Origin: Eledone cirrhosa
Taxonomy: Eukaryota
Reading direction: 5' to 3'
DNA: 64,000 bases
Assembly (NCBI GenBank): GCA_964016885.1
Contig: OZ024740.1
Location: 134,664,001-134,728,000, forward strand
In this document: piece by piece, positions 13,385 through 27,031 of the stretch
Layout of the letters: the number at the start of each line of letters is the position of its first letter
Numbering within the stretch: the first letter of the stretch is position 1
Translations under genes and position numbers: made by a program
The notes under the pieces: model-generated
The model's database searches: none
Told to the model about the DNA's origin: nothing
The model's input: only the letters and a program-made list of their open reading frames with translations

Positions 13385-14270
13385 AAGAGAAATTGCTCCA
13401 ATTATAGAAGGATCTCCTCGTTAAATCTCCCCGGTAAAGTTTGTGATCGGAAAGGTCTCTGAGAGGTTACAACAGAGTCTGACTTGGACATGCTGGTCTT
13501 CATGCAGCTCGTCTGCCATATTCTTTTTTTTCGCACTGTGTCGAATGCTTTAGTCAAGTCAACGAACGCTACATACAACCCTTTATTTTGCTCCCCGCAC
13601 TTCTCTTGGAGCTGCCTGAGAAGAAACGCCATGTCTCTGGTGCTCCCATTGGCTCCGAAGCCGCACTAGCTCTCTGGGAGGTGTTCATCAGCGATGGTAG
13701 GTACCAGTCTCTTTAGCAGAATCCTTGCGAGGATTTTTCTCGCGATAGAGGGCAGGGATACCTCTCGGTAATATGAGAAGTCTGACTTTTCCCCTTTGTT
13801 CTTGCACAGCGTGATGATGACTGCATCACGGAAATCTTGTCCCCAGCTTTAGACGTAGGTCTCGTAGAGTTTTGCATGTAGCGTTGGGTCCCTATGATTT
13901 CAAATTTCAGATGGAATTCCATCGATTCCTGCTGCTTTGTCACTCTTTAGCTGATCTATGGATTTGGTGGTCTCTTCAATGGTGGGCAACTCATCTAGTT
14001 TCGCTTTTACTAGTTGTTGGGGAATGCAGAGAATTGATGATTTCTATTTAACACTGAAGAGTGTCTGAAAATGTTCTGACCGACGACTTAGGATGGACAC
14101 CTTATCTATGAGAAACGCCTGACCGTCTGCATTGCACAAAGGAATTCGGACCAGATATGTAAGACCATACACCGCCTTTAAAGCTTTGTAGAATCCCCTG
14201 ATATCTCCAGTGTCTGCGCGGATGTTTACCTGTTTGACGTCCGGCCAAAGAATATAGCAAGTCTCAAACA
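13385..14270 (-). mobile_element. RTE (BovB-like) LINE fragment
   Basis: LRQLQEKCGEQNKGLYVAFVDLTKAFDTV; FYKALKAVYG..ILSRRSEHF; many frameshifts. Confidence 0.88.
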
Positions 14271-14439
14271 CTCATGCATAGCAGCCATGAACAAACTTGT
14301 CCGCACGGTACAGTTTACAGACAAAAGAGAGACGACAGACCGCGCGCGCTTCCGATGTGACGTCACTGGCTCCCTCGCTTCCAACAAAACCTACCCTGCA
14401 CTTCCGCCACCCTAGCCCCACCATATATATATATATACA

Positions 14440-14858
14440 TACATACATGGTGGCTGCCAACTCGTTTTCGAGTACGGCCACTACTTTATATCCATGTAGG
14501 AGAACCCCTACCGATGCGCTGAACGAGTGTGACATTTTAGTCCAGCCTGTGACATGAAAACTCTGGTACAAACACTACACTTGTGACAATTATTGACACA
14601 TAGTGCTGGGCCCATGGTACCATGTGACGACAAGTGCAGAGAGATCTCCAGATATAAAGCAATGCCTGTGCCGTGAAGCTTTTATAGTGAGCAAAGGCAC
14701 TGCACAAAGCCAGTCCCACTCTCTTAACCAAGATGATATTTACCAAAAAGAAGAACAAGTCAACATCATTGGATACCATCAGAGTTGCAGGTGTTATATC
14801 AGAGTTTTCCTTCTCCTAGAATTCTGCCTTGACAAAGGCTAAGGGGTCATCTCTCCCG
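14440..14858 (-). mobile_element. Non-autonomous RTE-related element (family C) with (ATGT)n tail
   Basis: Near-identical to 42963-43384; contains ctaggagaaggaaaactctga, typical of RTE 5' UTRs. Confidence 0.75.
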
Positions 14859-14916
14859 GAGATACATACATACATATATATATATAGTTATGTAATAAAT
14901 AACATAAGATAATTAT

Positions 14917-14975
14917 TTCATTTACCAGTGGTTTCTTGAAAGCAAACAAAATTTGCTTTCAGTCATCAGAATGAA
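14917..14975 (-). ncRNA. Type I hammerhead ribozyme
   Basis: TTCATT-CTGATGA-cTGAAAGCAAAttttgTTTGCTTTCAa-GAAA-CCactGG-TA-AATGAA; divergent mirror copy at 14980-15030 (+). Confidence 0.85.
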
Positions 14976-15164
14976 AAATCTGATGACTGAAAGCAAATTT
15001 TCTTTGCTTTCAAGAAACCACTGGTAGATAAAATAATTTCTTATGTTGTTTATTACATAACTAATAAGCTCTGTAACCTACATAGAGCACTCTTTTTTCC
15101 TGGACCTTTCCGACGGAATTACTTCATTTATACAGCTCCAACCGGGATTGATTGAAGCATATTC

Positions 15165-15230
<66 letters not shown>

Positions 15231-15285
15231 CAAAGAGTAAAATACTAGGTGGACCATAACGCACCAGAGTACTCAATAGTAGGTA

Positions 15286-15512
<227 letters not shown>

Positions 15513-15895
15513 ATGTGTGTGTGTGTGTGTGTGTATGTGTGTATGTGTGTGTGTGTGTGTGTGTGCATGTGTGAGTATATAGATGTTTATAAGTTTGTCG
15601 GTTTATCTGTCTGTATCTGAGTATTAGCACAAATGCGAAAAATGTGTGCAAATGCGTGTGTATGCATTATATACGTCGGTGTTTTAATGTTTCTAAGTAT
15701 CGCTTGTGGAAAAAGAATATGCTTAATATCATGCCACTGGATGGAAGATGGATTGTCGATTCGAATTCATGACGTCATTAAACATGAAATAAAACATATG
15801 TAGCAATCAAACTTATTTGCAAAACTGCAACAAGTGTACCAGAAGAATTTGGCATGGTGGAATTCGTGCTAACATTAGCAAGAAAAATATTTGTT

Positions 15896-15979
<84 letters not shown>

Positions 15980-16447
15980 CATACATATATACATATATAT
16001 ACATACATACATAAGCATATATAAATATATAAATATATGTGTGTGTGTGTGTGTTTGAATGTCTAAGATATATATCTCACTTATTACATTATATCATTTC
16101 TTATTACGATCGTATGAACAGAACAGTATGGTGTCGTTTTAATTCACCTCTTCGAGAAAGCTGGTGCGTTCTGCTTAATTAATTGCCCACTCTCTGGAAT
16201 AATGTACACCGTCCCACCCGCAATTTGTTATTTTTAATTAACACAGGAGTAATGCTTGCTTCGAAACAGTCCTTAACTGTTTTCATTCAAGCAATTGTTT
16301 GTTTTGTTTCTGCGCTTTTCTGCTCAGGAATTTCTCAACTGACTGAAAAGAACAACATGCTGTTTCGTGAAGATTGAACACCAACGATGCACCAACTCAA
16401 CTATGAATAAATAAGTCTTATTCAAACCCCATCATTCATCATACAAC

Positions 16448-16537
<90 letters not shown>

Positions 16538-17156
16538 CTTCCATTCCATCTACAGTTGTATTTTGTTCTCAAACATCTGTTTTAATTTCCTTCCGTCTGC
16601 ACTAAGTATATTTCTTTATTTATTTATTTTAGAATTTTACTGGGAGACACACTGCTTCATTAACACACCGCACACATCAAGGTATTCACAGCAGAATGCA
16701 ATAGCTCATGTACATTTTGTTCTTTTTTTTTTCTTTTATCTTCTTATGTTTTCTATTCTCCCTATTTTCTCATAATATTTCATTCATTCTTCTTCTTCAT
16801 TATCATTTACATTGACACTAGTGTGAAATAAAAGCATAACCATTACGACCTCTCACCCCCACCCCCCACCCCTCTAGTATTTATTAAAACAAAACCGCTC
16901 CATATGGTAAAATATTCCAAGAGAATTCTCCCTCTTCATTCCTATACTGTCTGGTGTAACACTCTTACACAGATACAAGTGATATGGAATGACATTCAAT
17001 CAGTTTTCTGTGTATGAATGAGCTCAAAATGTATGTTACAGATGACAATTAATTGGAAGCCCACCGAAATTAGGTTTGGAAAAATGCTACAAAGCAACTT
17101 TGAGTGAAGAATGAGTAGGTGTTTGTAATAAAAATCTAAAAGTCTAAGTGCTGCCT

Positions 17157-17420
17157 CGAGCCCGGAGGATCATCAGGTCGGTATTTATCCTAGTTTCTAT
17201 GGCGTTGAGCGACTGAGAGTATAAAACTTCCCCTGGACAGGACGCCAGGCCATCGCTGGGTTAAACCCCCAGTTAGTGCTGGTACTCATTTTTAACTGAG
17301 TATACTAGAGCAACGTGAAATGAAGTGTTTTGCTCAAGAACACAACACACAACCCGGTTCAGGAATCGAATCCACAGTATTATAATCGTAAGTCAAACGA
17401 CCTAACCACTAGGCCACACG
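17157..17420 (-). mobile_element. SINE family B
   Basis: Reverse complement of 19516-19780. Confidence 0.85.
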
Positions 17421-18209
17421 TCGTGTAATAAAAACGTGTCGAGATTATAATCAGTAATAAAAAAAGAGACGGTCTCTCTTTCCCTCTCTCTTTGTGTGCG
17501 TCTCTCTCTCTCTCGGGCCTTTTTCTCTTTCTCCGTCTCTTCTAGTTATATTAATGAAAGGATTTGAAACATTGATGCCATATTTGAACTGTTATCTTTA
17601 ACTTGTACAATTACCATAAACACATACTTACATTTGCACTTTTAACTCCTTGTGAATTATTTAAAAAATCATACCAGCTTACCCAGGCTGTCAGCATCTT
17701 AGAACAGGATCTGCTAAGACACCTATTATTTAAATGAATTTTCCTATGCCCCCCTACCCGCCCCTATCAATTGTTGTACGGTAAGAATAACAATCGAAAG
17801 AGAGAAATATTTATACGTAGAGAAGAATGGATATCCAATAGCACGTAAAAAGTCTGTAATTTTGAGTTTAGCTTACGGTCCACAAATCGCAGGCTGGGAA
17901 CCACTGTTCTAGTGGATATTAGAAGGAAGCTACGGTTAAAACTAACTGCTATAACATATCTAGATACAACAAAAAATGCAATAGTAATTATAATGGCATC
18001 AGCAATGAAAATAATGGTTTTAATTCCGGAACAATAAGGTCAGCAGTTTAGGAGGTGGGGAGGCGGGACTCGACTATATTGGACCAGTGTTTGGCTGATG
18101 CTTTATTTTATCAATTGTGAAAGGATGAAAAGCAAAGTTTGCCTTAGTGCACCGGAACGAATACTGTAAAGCATTATATCCGACGTTTTAACGATTCAAC
18201 CATTCACTG

Positions 18210-18606
18210 TGGGAGTCAGACTCCGCCAAGGGTGCGTACTTTCTTCTCCACGGTTCGTTATTTTCTTAAACAGGATTAACATGCGTAGCCGGGTTGGAAG
18301 TGATATCACGACTAGCAGGTCGACTGGAATTTGTAGACGGCATGGTATTACTTAACTCGACAAAAGGTGATCTCCGACTTGTACTTGATAGGTTTGATTC
18401 TGAGTGCTACATGGCTGGAATGAAAATCAGTGCTGCGAAAACTGAGATACTCGTCTTCTCAAGGAAACCTGAGCAGTGCACTCTACAGCTGGATCTGTTG
18501 GAGACGGTTGCTTCTGACAGGACTCGCTGGAAGGAGTGTTTGAGGACTCTTCCCCACGACCCTCTCAGAAATAAGTGGGCGAAGAAGAAGAAGAAGAAGA
18601 AGAAGA
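18210..18606 (+). mobile_element. Internally deleted LINE (RTE-like) with (GAA)n tail
   Basis: GVRLRQGCVLS..MKISAAKTEILV..DRTRWK; sibling of 12994-13381. Confidence 0.8.
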
Positions 18607-18817
18607 ATCGTTAATTAATATAGCTTATAGGTTTTGGACGGTTTAGGTATATCAGATACTATCAGGGAATATTAAGGGATTAGAAAACTTTCAGAAAAGC
18701 AAGTGCTTTCAAGAAAGATTACCATTATTAAGGGAAATATATAAAAGAATATTGGATGTGTGACGTTCAGCTAATGATATCATAGGATACATATAGATGT
18801 CATTATATCACTGACAA

Positions 18818-19032
18818 GGGCGGTGGATTAGCAGTATCGGTAGAGGGTCGGACGCCATGCATTGCAGCATAGAGTTACACGTCCTTTACGGTCTGAGTTC
18901 AAATCCCGCTGAGGTTAACAATGCCTTTCATCTTTACGGGGTCGATAAAATAAAACACCAGCAATGTACTGGGTCGATTTAATCGACTTTCCCCTCCCTC
19001 AAATTACTGGCCTTGTGCCTATACTAGAAATC
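18818..19032 (+). mobile_element. SINE family A
   Basis: Full consensus match. Confidence 0.9.
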
Positions 19033-19056
19033 ATTATATCACTGACACCACTATAT

Positions 19057-19345
19057 AGGCGTAGGCATGGTTATGTGGTTAAGGCGTTCGATTAGCAACC
19101 GCATGGTTTCGAGTTCAAAAGCCTCGGGTTGACCAAATTTGTTAGGAAGCTATGTGGAAGCCCGTCGTAAAAATGCGGGTATGTGTGTGCAAGCGCGCGC
19201 GTGTGCGTGTATGTGAGTGTGTGTGTGTGTGTGACCGTTTGCGTGTTTACGTTTACTGTTTAGTTATGCCCTGTTACGTAGCAGTTCGACGAAAAGCGGT
19301 CGATGAAATAAGTACCAAACTTGAAAAATCAGTACTAGGGTTGAT
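19057..19345 (+). mobile_element. tRNA-derived SINE (other family), degenerate
   Basis: ggcgtaggcatggttatgtggttaagg..ggtttcgagttcaa head; related to 37080-37235. Confidence 0.6.
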
Positions 19346-19515
19346 ATGATTAATTAAATCTCTTTAATGCGGTGCTCCAGCCTGGCCACAGCCTAATGAC
19401 GGAAACCAGTAAAGAGAGTAAATGAATATATGTAATATTGTATAGCTACACTTGTCACAGAAGTATAAGGTATTACTTCGGAATTGCAATTTGAGGCTGT
19501 GTCTTGAAACTGTGG

Positions 19516-19780
19516 AGGTACGTGGCCTAGTGGAAAGGGTGTTGGACTTACGATCATAATGTCGTGGTTTCGATTCCTGGGTTGCGTGCTGTGTTCTTGA
19601 GCAAAACACTTCATTTCACGTTGCTCCAGTATTCTCAACTGCAAGTGAGTACCAGCAATAGCTGGGGGTTCAATCCTGCGATGGACTGGCGTCCTATCCA
19701 GGAGGAAATCTTGTACTCTCAGTCGCTTCACACCATGAAACTGGGATAAGTACCGGCCAAATGAACCTTCTGGCTTAAGA
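19516..19780 (+). mobile_element. SINE family B (tRNA head, MetaSINE-like central domain)
   Basis: tggcctagtggaaaggg..gtttcgattcc; ttcttgagcaaaacacttcatttcacgttgctccag; cctgcgatggactggcgtcc. Confidence 0.85.
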
Positions 19781-19861
19781 CAGAGTTTAGACTTTAGTTG
19801 AAACTGAAGCAATTCCATCGTGGAAGTCTTATTTTCGCAATTTAAATAATAATAAGAATAA

Positions 19862-20255
19862 GAATTGTTTCTACTTTTTGGCACAAGGCCAGCAATTATC
19901 CCAGTGTATTACTGGTACTTATATAGGTTTCTTATATAGGCACAAGGCCATCAATTTTCGGGGAGAGGAAAGTCGATTAAATCGACCCCAGTGTGTGATT
20001 GGTACTTTATTTTATCGACACCGTAAGGATGAAAGGCAAAGTTAACCACGGCGGGATTTAAACTCAGATCATAAAGAGCCGTAACTCTATGCTGCAAAGC
20101 ATGGCGTCCGACCCTCTACCGATACTGCTTTATTTTATCGACTCCGCAAGGATGAAAGGCAAAGCTAACTTCGGCAGGATTTGAAATCACTTTTAATTTA
20201 ATAATTGTTTCTACTTTTGGCACAACGCCAGCAACAAGGGCCGTAACTCTAACTA
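19862..20255 (-). mobile_element. Nested/tandem SINE family A cluster
   Basis: Repeated ggcacaaggccagcaatt and aggatgaaaggcaaag segments. Confidence 0.85.
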
Positions 20256-21436
20256 CTGAAATATATCACTGTCTGTTGTAATGAGATTTCAGTCCAAGAT
20301 TTGAATTTAATGTAGAACACTTTTAATAGAGGTGATTTGATGGGTTAAAATAGTTCTATTTCATTTTCACACACACACGCACACATACACACACATACAC
20401 ACATGCACACATACACACACATACACACGCGCACACAACTATATGCCACAAAGCATGTTGTCCGATGCTTTTTTAATACTGCCAACCCACCACCCTAGAG
20501 AATGTGACAAAATAATGATGATTATAAAGTGAATTTAACAGTGTTTGTGCGGTTTTTTAAATAGCTAAATAACTCTTCCACAATGTCATTGCCATACCAT
20601 CGTACCTTATCTGCTAATAAAGTCGTAGCGGTCTGTAATGATATACAGCGTCTCTTGAGCATTTAAACCTGGCGAAGCCCACTCGTCTCCAGGTCTGAAG
20701 ACAACCGATTTCTTCCAGAGAGAGAGGGGTGAGAGAGTAGGAAGGGAAGAAAAAGATATATAGGAAGAATCGATCTCAATAGTGGACTAGTATTTATTTA
20801 TCGACCTCGAAAGTTAACTTCGGTGGGATTTGAACTCAGAATGAAAAGAACCGGAGCGAATATTTCTGACGTTCTAACAGCTCTGCCACTTCATAGTCTA
20901 CAACAATGTAATTACTATAACAAAATAAACTCGAGAATAAAACCATGTTAGATGATACTGGAACATCAAGATAAAAATTCGCTAAAGGTCTAAGTCAATT
21001 TGACATAAGTTTAAAGTTAACGAATATCAAAAACCAAGATCTCCGAGGCATTACGAAGGAAATATAGATTAAAACAAAGCGTTGTTCAGACAGCATTATG
21101 AACGCGCGCGCGCGAGAGAGAGAGAAGAAATTGAAGAGAATAGTGAAGTTGCAGAAAAGTATCTGCAAGTGTCTAACTCAACGTCTTTGAGGGTCGAAAA
21201 GACATTAAATTTTAAGAAATGATTCCGTTGACATGATCAACGTAGAACATCGTTATAATAATGATCTCTTACTCAGACACAGAACCAGGAATCTGAGGAG
21301 AGAGTGTGTGTGTGGGTGTGGGGGTCAATTGATTAATTCTATCTCAATATTTCACAGGTACTTAATTTTATCAATCCACAAAGAATGAAGGGTAAGTTTC
21401 GAACACCGAACGAATTTTGTCCGATTTTGTAATAAT

Positions 21437-21601
21437 CAGTGCCGGATTTAGGACAAATGAGTCCCTGTGTTAGTTAAGTTATGAGACCCCTTACATAGAC
21501 CCTGAAGGCAGTAAAACAATTTTGGGAGCAAGAAGATGGGCCCCTGGTCAGCGGGACCCTATGATTAAGCACATCTAAGAACAATGGTAAATCCAGCACT
21601 G
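21437..21601. mobile_element. hAT MITE
   Basis: TIRs CAGTGCCGGATTTA / TAAATCCAGCACTG; perfect 8-bp TSD GTAATAAT; sibling at 53636-53822. Confidence 0.9.
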
Positions 21602-21898
21602 GTAATAATCTATATTATAATGTTTGAACAATATTTTCTGTCCATCTGTCACACAGACACTACAATCTGACAAAATTATTCGAAATTCTGTATCTAGAAT
21701 CCATAAAATGTAATTACAAGACAAAAAAGAGAGGAGGCAAATATTTTCATTCGTGCCAAGATCCAGTGTTCTCTGCTAATTGTGTTATTTACCTGCCTGT
21801 CTTCCACTCTCTCTCTCTATATATATATAATAAATCCCTCTCTCAGTCTCTCACGCTTTCTCTCTAAATCTCCTTCTCTCTTCTTTCTAACTCTTACA

Positions 21899-21962
<64 letters not shown>

Positions 21963-21978
21963 TAAAATAACAGATTAA

Positions 21979-22029
21979 AGTTTAAGCAAAGAATCGCTGC
22001 TTTCACCCTTAACGGGATCTTCTGAAACT
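21979..22029 (-). ncRNA. HHR, CAGAAGA-core family
   Basis: Identical to 31750-31800 in reverse complement. Confidence 0.7.
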
Positions 22030-22062
22030 AACAATTTTAGTCTTCAATTTTATTATTATTAC

Positions 22063-22103
<41 letters not shown>

Positions 22104-22256
22104 ATTTATATATATATATATATATAAGTTTATCCCGGGTTCAATCGGGACTAACCACAGTAAGTAAGGTACTCAATGCATAGCAGAATATAAATATTTA
22201 ATATAGAAATGGCTTCTACATGACTAGAACTGTTTCATTCAGGAGAAATAATCCGG

Positions 22257-22352
<96 letters not shown>

Positions 22353-22584
22353 AAAATATTGTTTTTTACAAGAACAATATAAAAACATAGGTGGAGTAGT
22401 TAAAACTGCTCAAAATACAGTAGTTTATTATAATAAATAGTACAAAAGGCTATGTTTTATACTTCTTTGATGGATGTTTTCAAACAAGCATGTGTACAAA
22501 ATCCTATTGTGTTAAAAATAATAATTACGCATGAAGCAAATTATTCATTAAAGTAATTACCAAATACGTTTTTACATTAAATAT

Positions 22585-22629
22585 TGATTCACGAGCGTTT
22601 CGTCCCATTATTGGGACTTTTCAAAACCA
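22585..22629 (-). ncRNA. Degenerate HHR
   Basis: TGGTT-TTGAAAA-GTCCCAataaTGGGAC-GAAA-CGctCG-TG-AATCA; core mutated. Confidence 0.5.
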
Positions 22630-22861
22630 GTTATTTATTAGTATATATATATATATATATATACATTTTAGTACAGCATTAACGAAGCTTTTGGCTGCGG
22701 CTAAGCTAACGAATGCAGATTCGGAATGCAGATTAGCACTCGATGGAGAATAATACCCCAGAGTTATAACAATACGTTTAGACAGCTTTGCAAATCAAAT
22801 ATAGCGACCGACAGTCCAGCTGCATTGCCATAGCAACGAAAAAAACTCAGGAAAAGATTTT

Positions 22862-22992
<131 letters not shown>

Positions 22993-23039
22993 AAATAAAA
23001 CAAGGACGAGTGGTTACTCTTTCATTACGTTTATTGGTT

Positions 23040-23128
23040 GGTGACGAGCGTTTCGCCACCGATCAGTTCAAGATTCGATCTGTATCGATCTAGCCCGACT
23101 CAGTAATCAACGGCTCGTCAGGCCCACC
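23040..23128 (-). ncRNA. HHR-like motif with long stem II and weak stem I
   Basis: CTGACGA-GCCGTTGATT...GATCGGTGGC-GAAA-CGctCG-TC. Confidence 0.55.
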
Positions 23129-23177
23129 CAGGTGAACCTACAGTAACTCCGCGTTACACTCCCTGTATATATGTGTC

Positions 23178-23958
23178 TTTCATCCTTACGGGGTCGATAA
23201 AATAAAGTACAAGTAATGCACTGCGATAATTGCTGGCCTTGTGCCAAAATTAGAAACAATTATTATTTATAAGTATATAACTCATTGTGTTAAGGACAGA
23301 ATAAATAATATTCGGTTTCTTCATCAAACTGCAATAAAACCATGTTTGTAGATTATATATATATATATAACGAAACGATCGTATGGAAAGAAAGAGAGAT
23401 TTATTTAATTATGTCTCATATAAAATAATACAGCCAACTATCCACGAAATACAATATAGTTAGCACCCCAAACGTATAATTGGGATTATACTCTGGTATA
23501 TCCTAATGTTTGTTGAGTGAGATGGGAGTTGGTCGGAGTATCGCTAAAAGCTTTCTCTGTTAATGTATATATATAATAGTTGAAACAGAAAACAAAAAAA
23601 CAACAACGAGGAAGCGAAGAGGCAGTACAAAATGTTAATATTAGTTTCACGCTTGAGAGTGGGAAATATATATAATCTACAAACATGGTTTTATTGCAGT
23701 TTGATGAAGAAACCGAATATTATTTATTCCGTCCTTAACACAATGAGTGTTAAGACGGAATAAATAATACTTGTTTCTAATTTTGGCACAAGGCCACCAA
23801 TTATCGCAGTACATTACTGGTACTTTATTTTATCTACCTCGTAAGGATGAAGAGCAAAGTTGACCTCGGCGGGATTTGAACTCAGAATGGAAAGGGCCGT
23901 AACTCTATGCGTCAAAGCATGACGTCCGACCCTCTACCGATACTGCCAATCCACCGCC
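23178..23958. repeat. Inverted duplication (SINE A + unique DNA) enclosing a PLE pLTR fragment (23370-23570)
   Basis: 23178-23365 is the reverse complement of ~23668-23850; the inner part is the reverse complement of the 47636-47830 family. Confidence 0.8.
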
Positions 23959-24259
23959 TTGTGATAATAATGGTTTCTAAAATAAGCACAAACCTCAAAT
24001 AATAGTGATGGTGGCGTTGATTACAATCGACACTAGTAGTTGACTGAGAACAAATCCAACCAGCCTTGTCAAACACGTCACTCTCGTTCACCTTTCTGTA
24101 AATTTAGTCAAGTAAAATGTGTCTCTCAACTCTAGAAGCGTAACTAGGGTATGGCACGCATGGCACGTGCCATGGGTGTCACTTGAAGGGAGGCTCAACC
24201 CTAATCCTAACCCTCTAGCGTTAATCGTTGTATCGCATTGGCCTCACTACTAAGCGTCC

Positions 24260-27031
24260 TCAGCGTGTTCTTTGTTGTTGGGGTGTGTTATTCGAGGTTA
24301 AGAATGTGTCAGAAGATTCATCGTCGTCGAATTGAGCACTCTTTGTAGGATTGTTATCGGCGGTAGATGTCATACTTTCGTTCCCAACGGCCACAGGTGT
24401 AGATATTGCTGTTGGTTGAGTTAAATTGGCGCCTTTTGGGGAGTTATTATTCTGACACTCCGATGTTGTTGAATTTCCATTGTTTTGTGGTGATGCTGCT
24501 GGTGCGAGATTTGTAGTTGAGACTGTGTCTATTCTTCCATTATTAAATTGTACCTTGGCAAAATGAGGTGAGATCGTCTCGACGAGTTGAACGTTTTCCG
24601 TGAGATCATCACTTTTATTCCTTATGTGACGTCGATGAAGCACGATTGTGCCCGGTTTATTTAGAAACTCTGGTATTTCTGTGCCGTTGTTTGCCGATCT
24701 GGTGAATGAAAATACTCTTTCATGTGGTGTGGCGTTTGTAGCAGTGCAAAGCAATCCTCGGATAGACGACAGAGCGATTGGAATCATGTTACTCCATTCA
24801 TTTTTATTGAGATTATTTGTCTTCAATGCCAGACTTATCGCTTTGCATATTGTGCCGTTAACTCTTTCGCATGGCCGTTGGCTTGGGGTCGATATGGCGT
24901 GGTGTGGCTTTTTATAATGTTATTACTCCATAAGAAATCTTTGAGTTTTTGTGATTAAAATTGACGTCCCCTATCTGTATGAATCGAACTGGGTTTTCCA
25001 AATATAGAGAATATCTCCAATAGATGTTTAATTACTATGTCCGTTGTTATCTCTTTACAGGGAATGGCGAATGGAAAACGTAAGTACTCGTCAACTATAG
25101 TTAACATAAATAATATGATTAACGCTAGAGGGAAAGAATGTGACGATATTATTATAGGAGGAGACACAGTGGAAGAACATAACCAAAACCTAAAGCAATT
25201 CATGAATGCAGCTAACAATGCAGGTATGCAATTGAATCGAGACAAATGCAGCTTTAATCAAAATAGAATACATTTCCTTGGACATGTCATAGAAAAAGGT
25301 AAATTAAGACCGGACCCTGAAAGGTATAAAGCCCTTATTGACATGCCGTTCCCAAAGACGTTAAAAGAGTTGAACCGGGTAATCGGTCTTTTTGCATACT
25401 ATGCTAAATAGATTAAGGGTTCTTCTAACCTCTCAGTCGTTCTTACAAAGGCAAGAAACACCATTGATAAACAAGGTCTATCAAACGAAGAAAAATCTAC
25501 TATTAATAAGATGAAGGAAGAACTCATAAAGGCATCACTGTGTTCACCCGATTTCACTGCACCATTTATAATCGAAACCGACGCATCAGACATTGCCATT
25601 GGCGGAACTCTATCACAAAATGGTCGTCCAATTGCTTTTCTTAGTAGAACCCTAAATAAGTCAAATGGAGGCATATGATCAGCGCTGTTCCACATTGTAA
25701 TATCATAACAGACCAACGATCAGTTTCATTTGCGTTCAACAAAAAACACACTTCCAAGATTAAAAACGAGAAGGTAGCCCGCTGGCGACTGGAGATAAGC
25801 GATCTTAACCTTACCTTCTCATATAGACCTGGTTCATTAAACCAAGCCGCAGACGCCCTATCGCGCTGCTGCTCTACTAAGACGGAACACGAATTATACA
25901 ATATTCACTGACGTCTATGTCATCCGGGGGTCACCAGACTTCTACATTATTGTAAATCAATGAACTTGGCATATTCTATTAATGAAATAAGAGAAGTTAT
26001 CGCCAATTGCAAAATATGCCGTGAATGTAAACCACAATTCTATAAACCACCCAAAGGAAGATTAATACATGCCACAAGGACCTGGGAAAGACTATCAATT
26101 GACTTTGATGGTGCCATGGTTATCTCAAACGGTTTTCGATTGTGGCATTAGGGTATGAATCTAATGGTGTGTAACGATTTATAGTGCCTGAGTAGTCTAT
26201 GACAAGACGTTTTTTGTTTTCTTGATCTATTACGAAACACTGCGCTCTCCATGGGCTTCTGCTCTGTTGAATTATTCAAGCTTTAAGCATTCTGTCGATT
26301 TCCGTTTTAATGAATTGCTGATCTTTATTGTATTTTCGAGGAGGTATAGATAATGGTTTTAATTTTATAGTATCGATACCAGGCATTAAATCATATTCTT
26401 CACAATTCAGAGTTTGCCTTGACATACATATCGTGACTGCTCTCATGTCCCCCGCATATTTTATTGTTAAAGACTTATGCCTTTTAAGTATATCAAGACC
26501 CATAACTACTGGAGCTATGAGTTTGTCAACCACCATTAGATCGATGTGGTATTCTCGGCCCTCCCATTCTAATGTTGTTTCAAACGTACCTCGTATTATG
26601 AGTTTACTGGTGTCGGCTAAAATTACACTCTTATTCTTAGTTTTCTTGAATTTACTTTGCCATTTCATATTATTCTTAGATTGAATAAAAACCTTTGATT
26701 TGGTACAAAATAATACAACAATTTTATTCAATCATTTTCTTATCTTTGGCTTTTACTGTTTCTTCTTTTCTCTTGCGTTTGTTGAGACTTACGATGTTCC
26801 CGGAGAAATATGGCGCTGAACATTTCGTTTTGAAAGAATAATGTGATTTGTCACGTGATTCTTTCAAAACGAAATGTTCAGCGCCATATTTCTCCGGGAA
26901 CATCGTAAGTCTCAACAAACGCAAGAGAAAAGAAGAAACAGTAAAAGCCAAAGATAAGAAAATGATTGAATAAAATTGTTGTATTATTTTGTACCAAATC
27001 AAAGGTTTTTTATTCAATCTAAGAATAATAT
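24260..27031 (-). mobile_element. Degraded Ty3/Gypsy pol (PR-RT-RH-INT) with internal inversion and terminal palindrome
   Basis: Protease-region VVMGLDIL (-); DDIIIGG, FLGHVI, IETDASDIA, WERLSIDF (+, inverted block); LTIVDEY..IHTDRGRQF, ATNATPHER (-). Confidence 0.9.
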
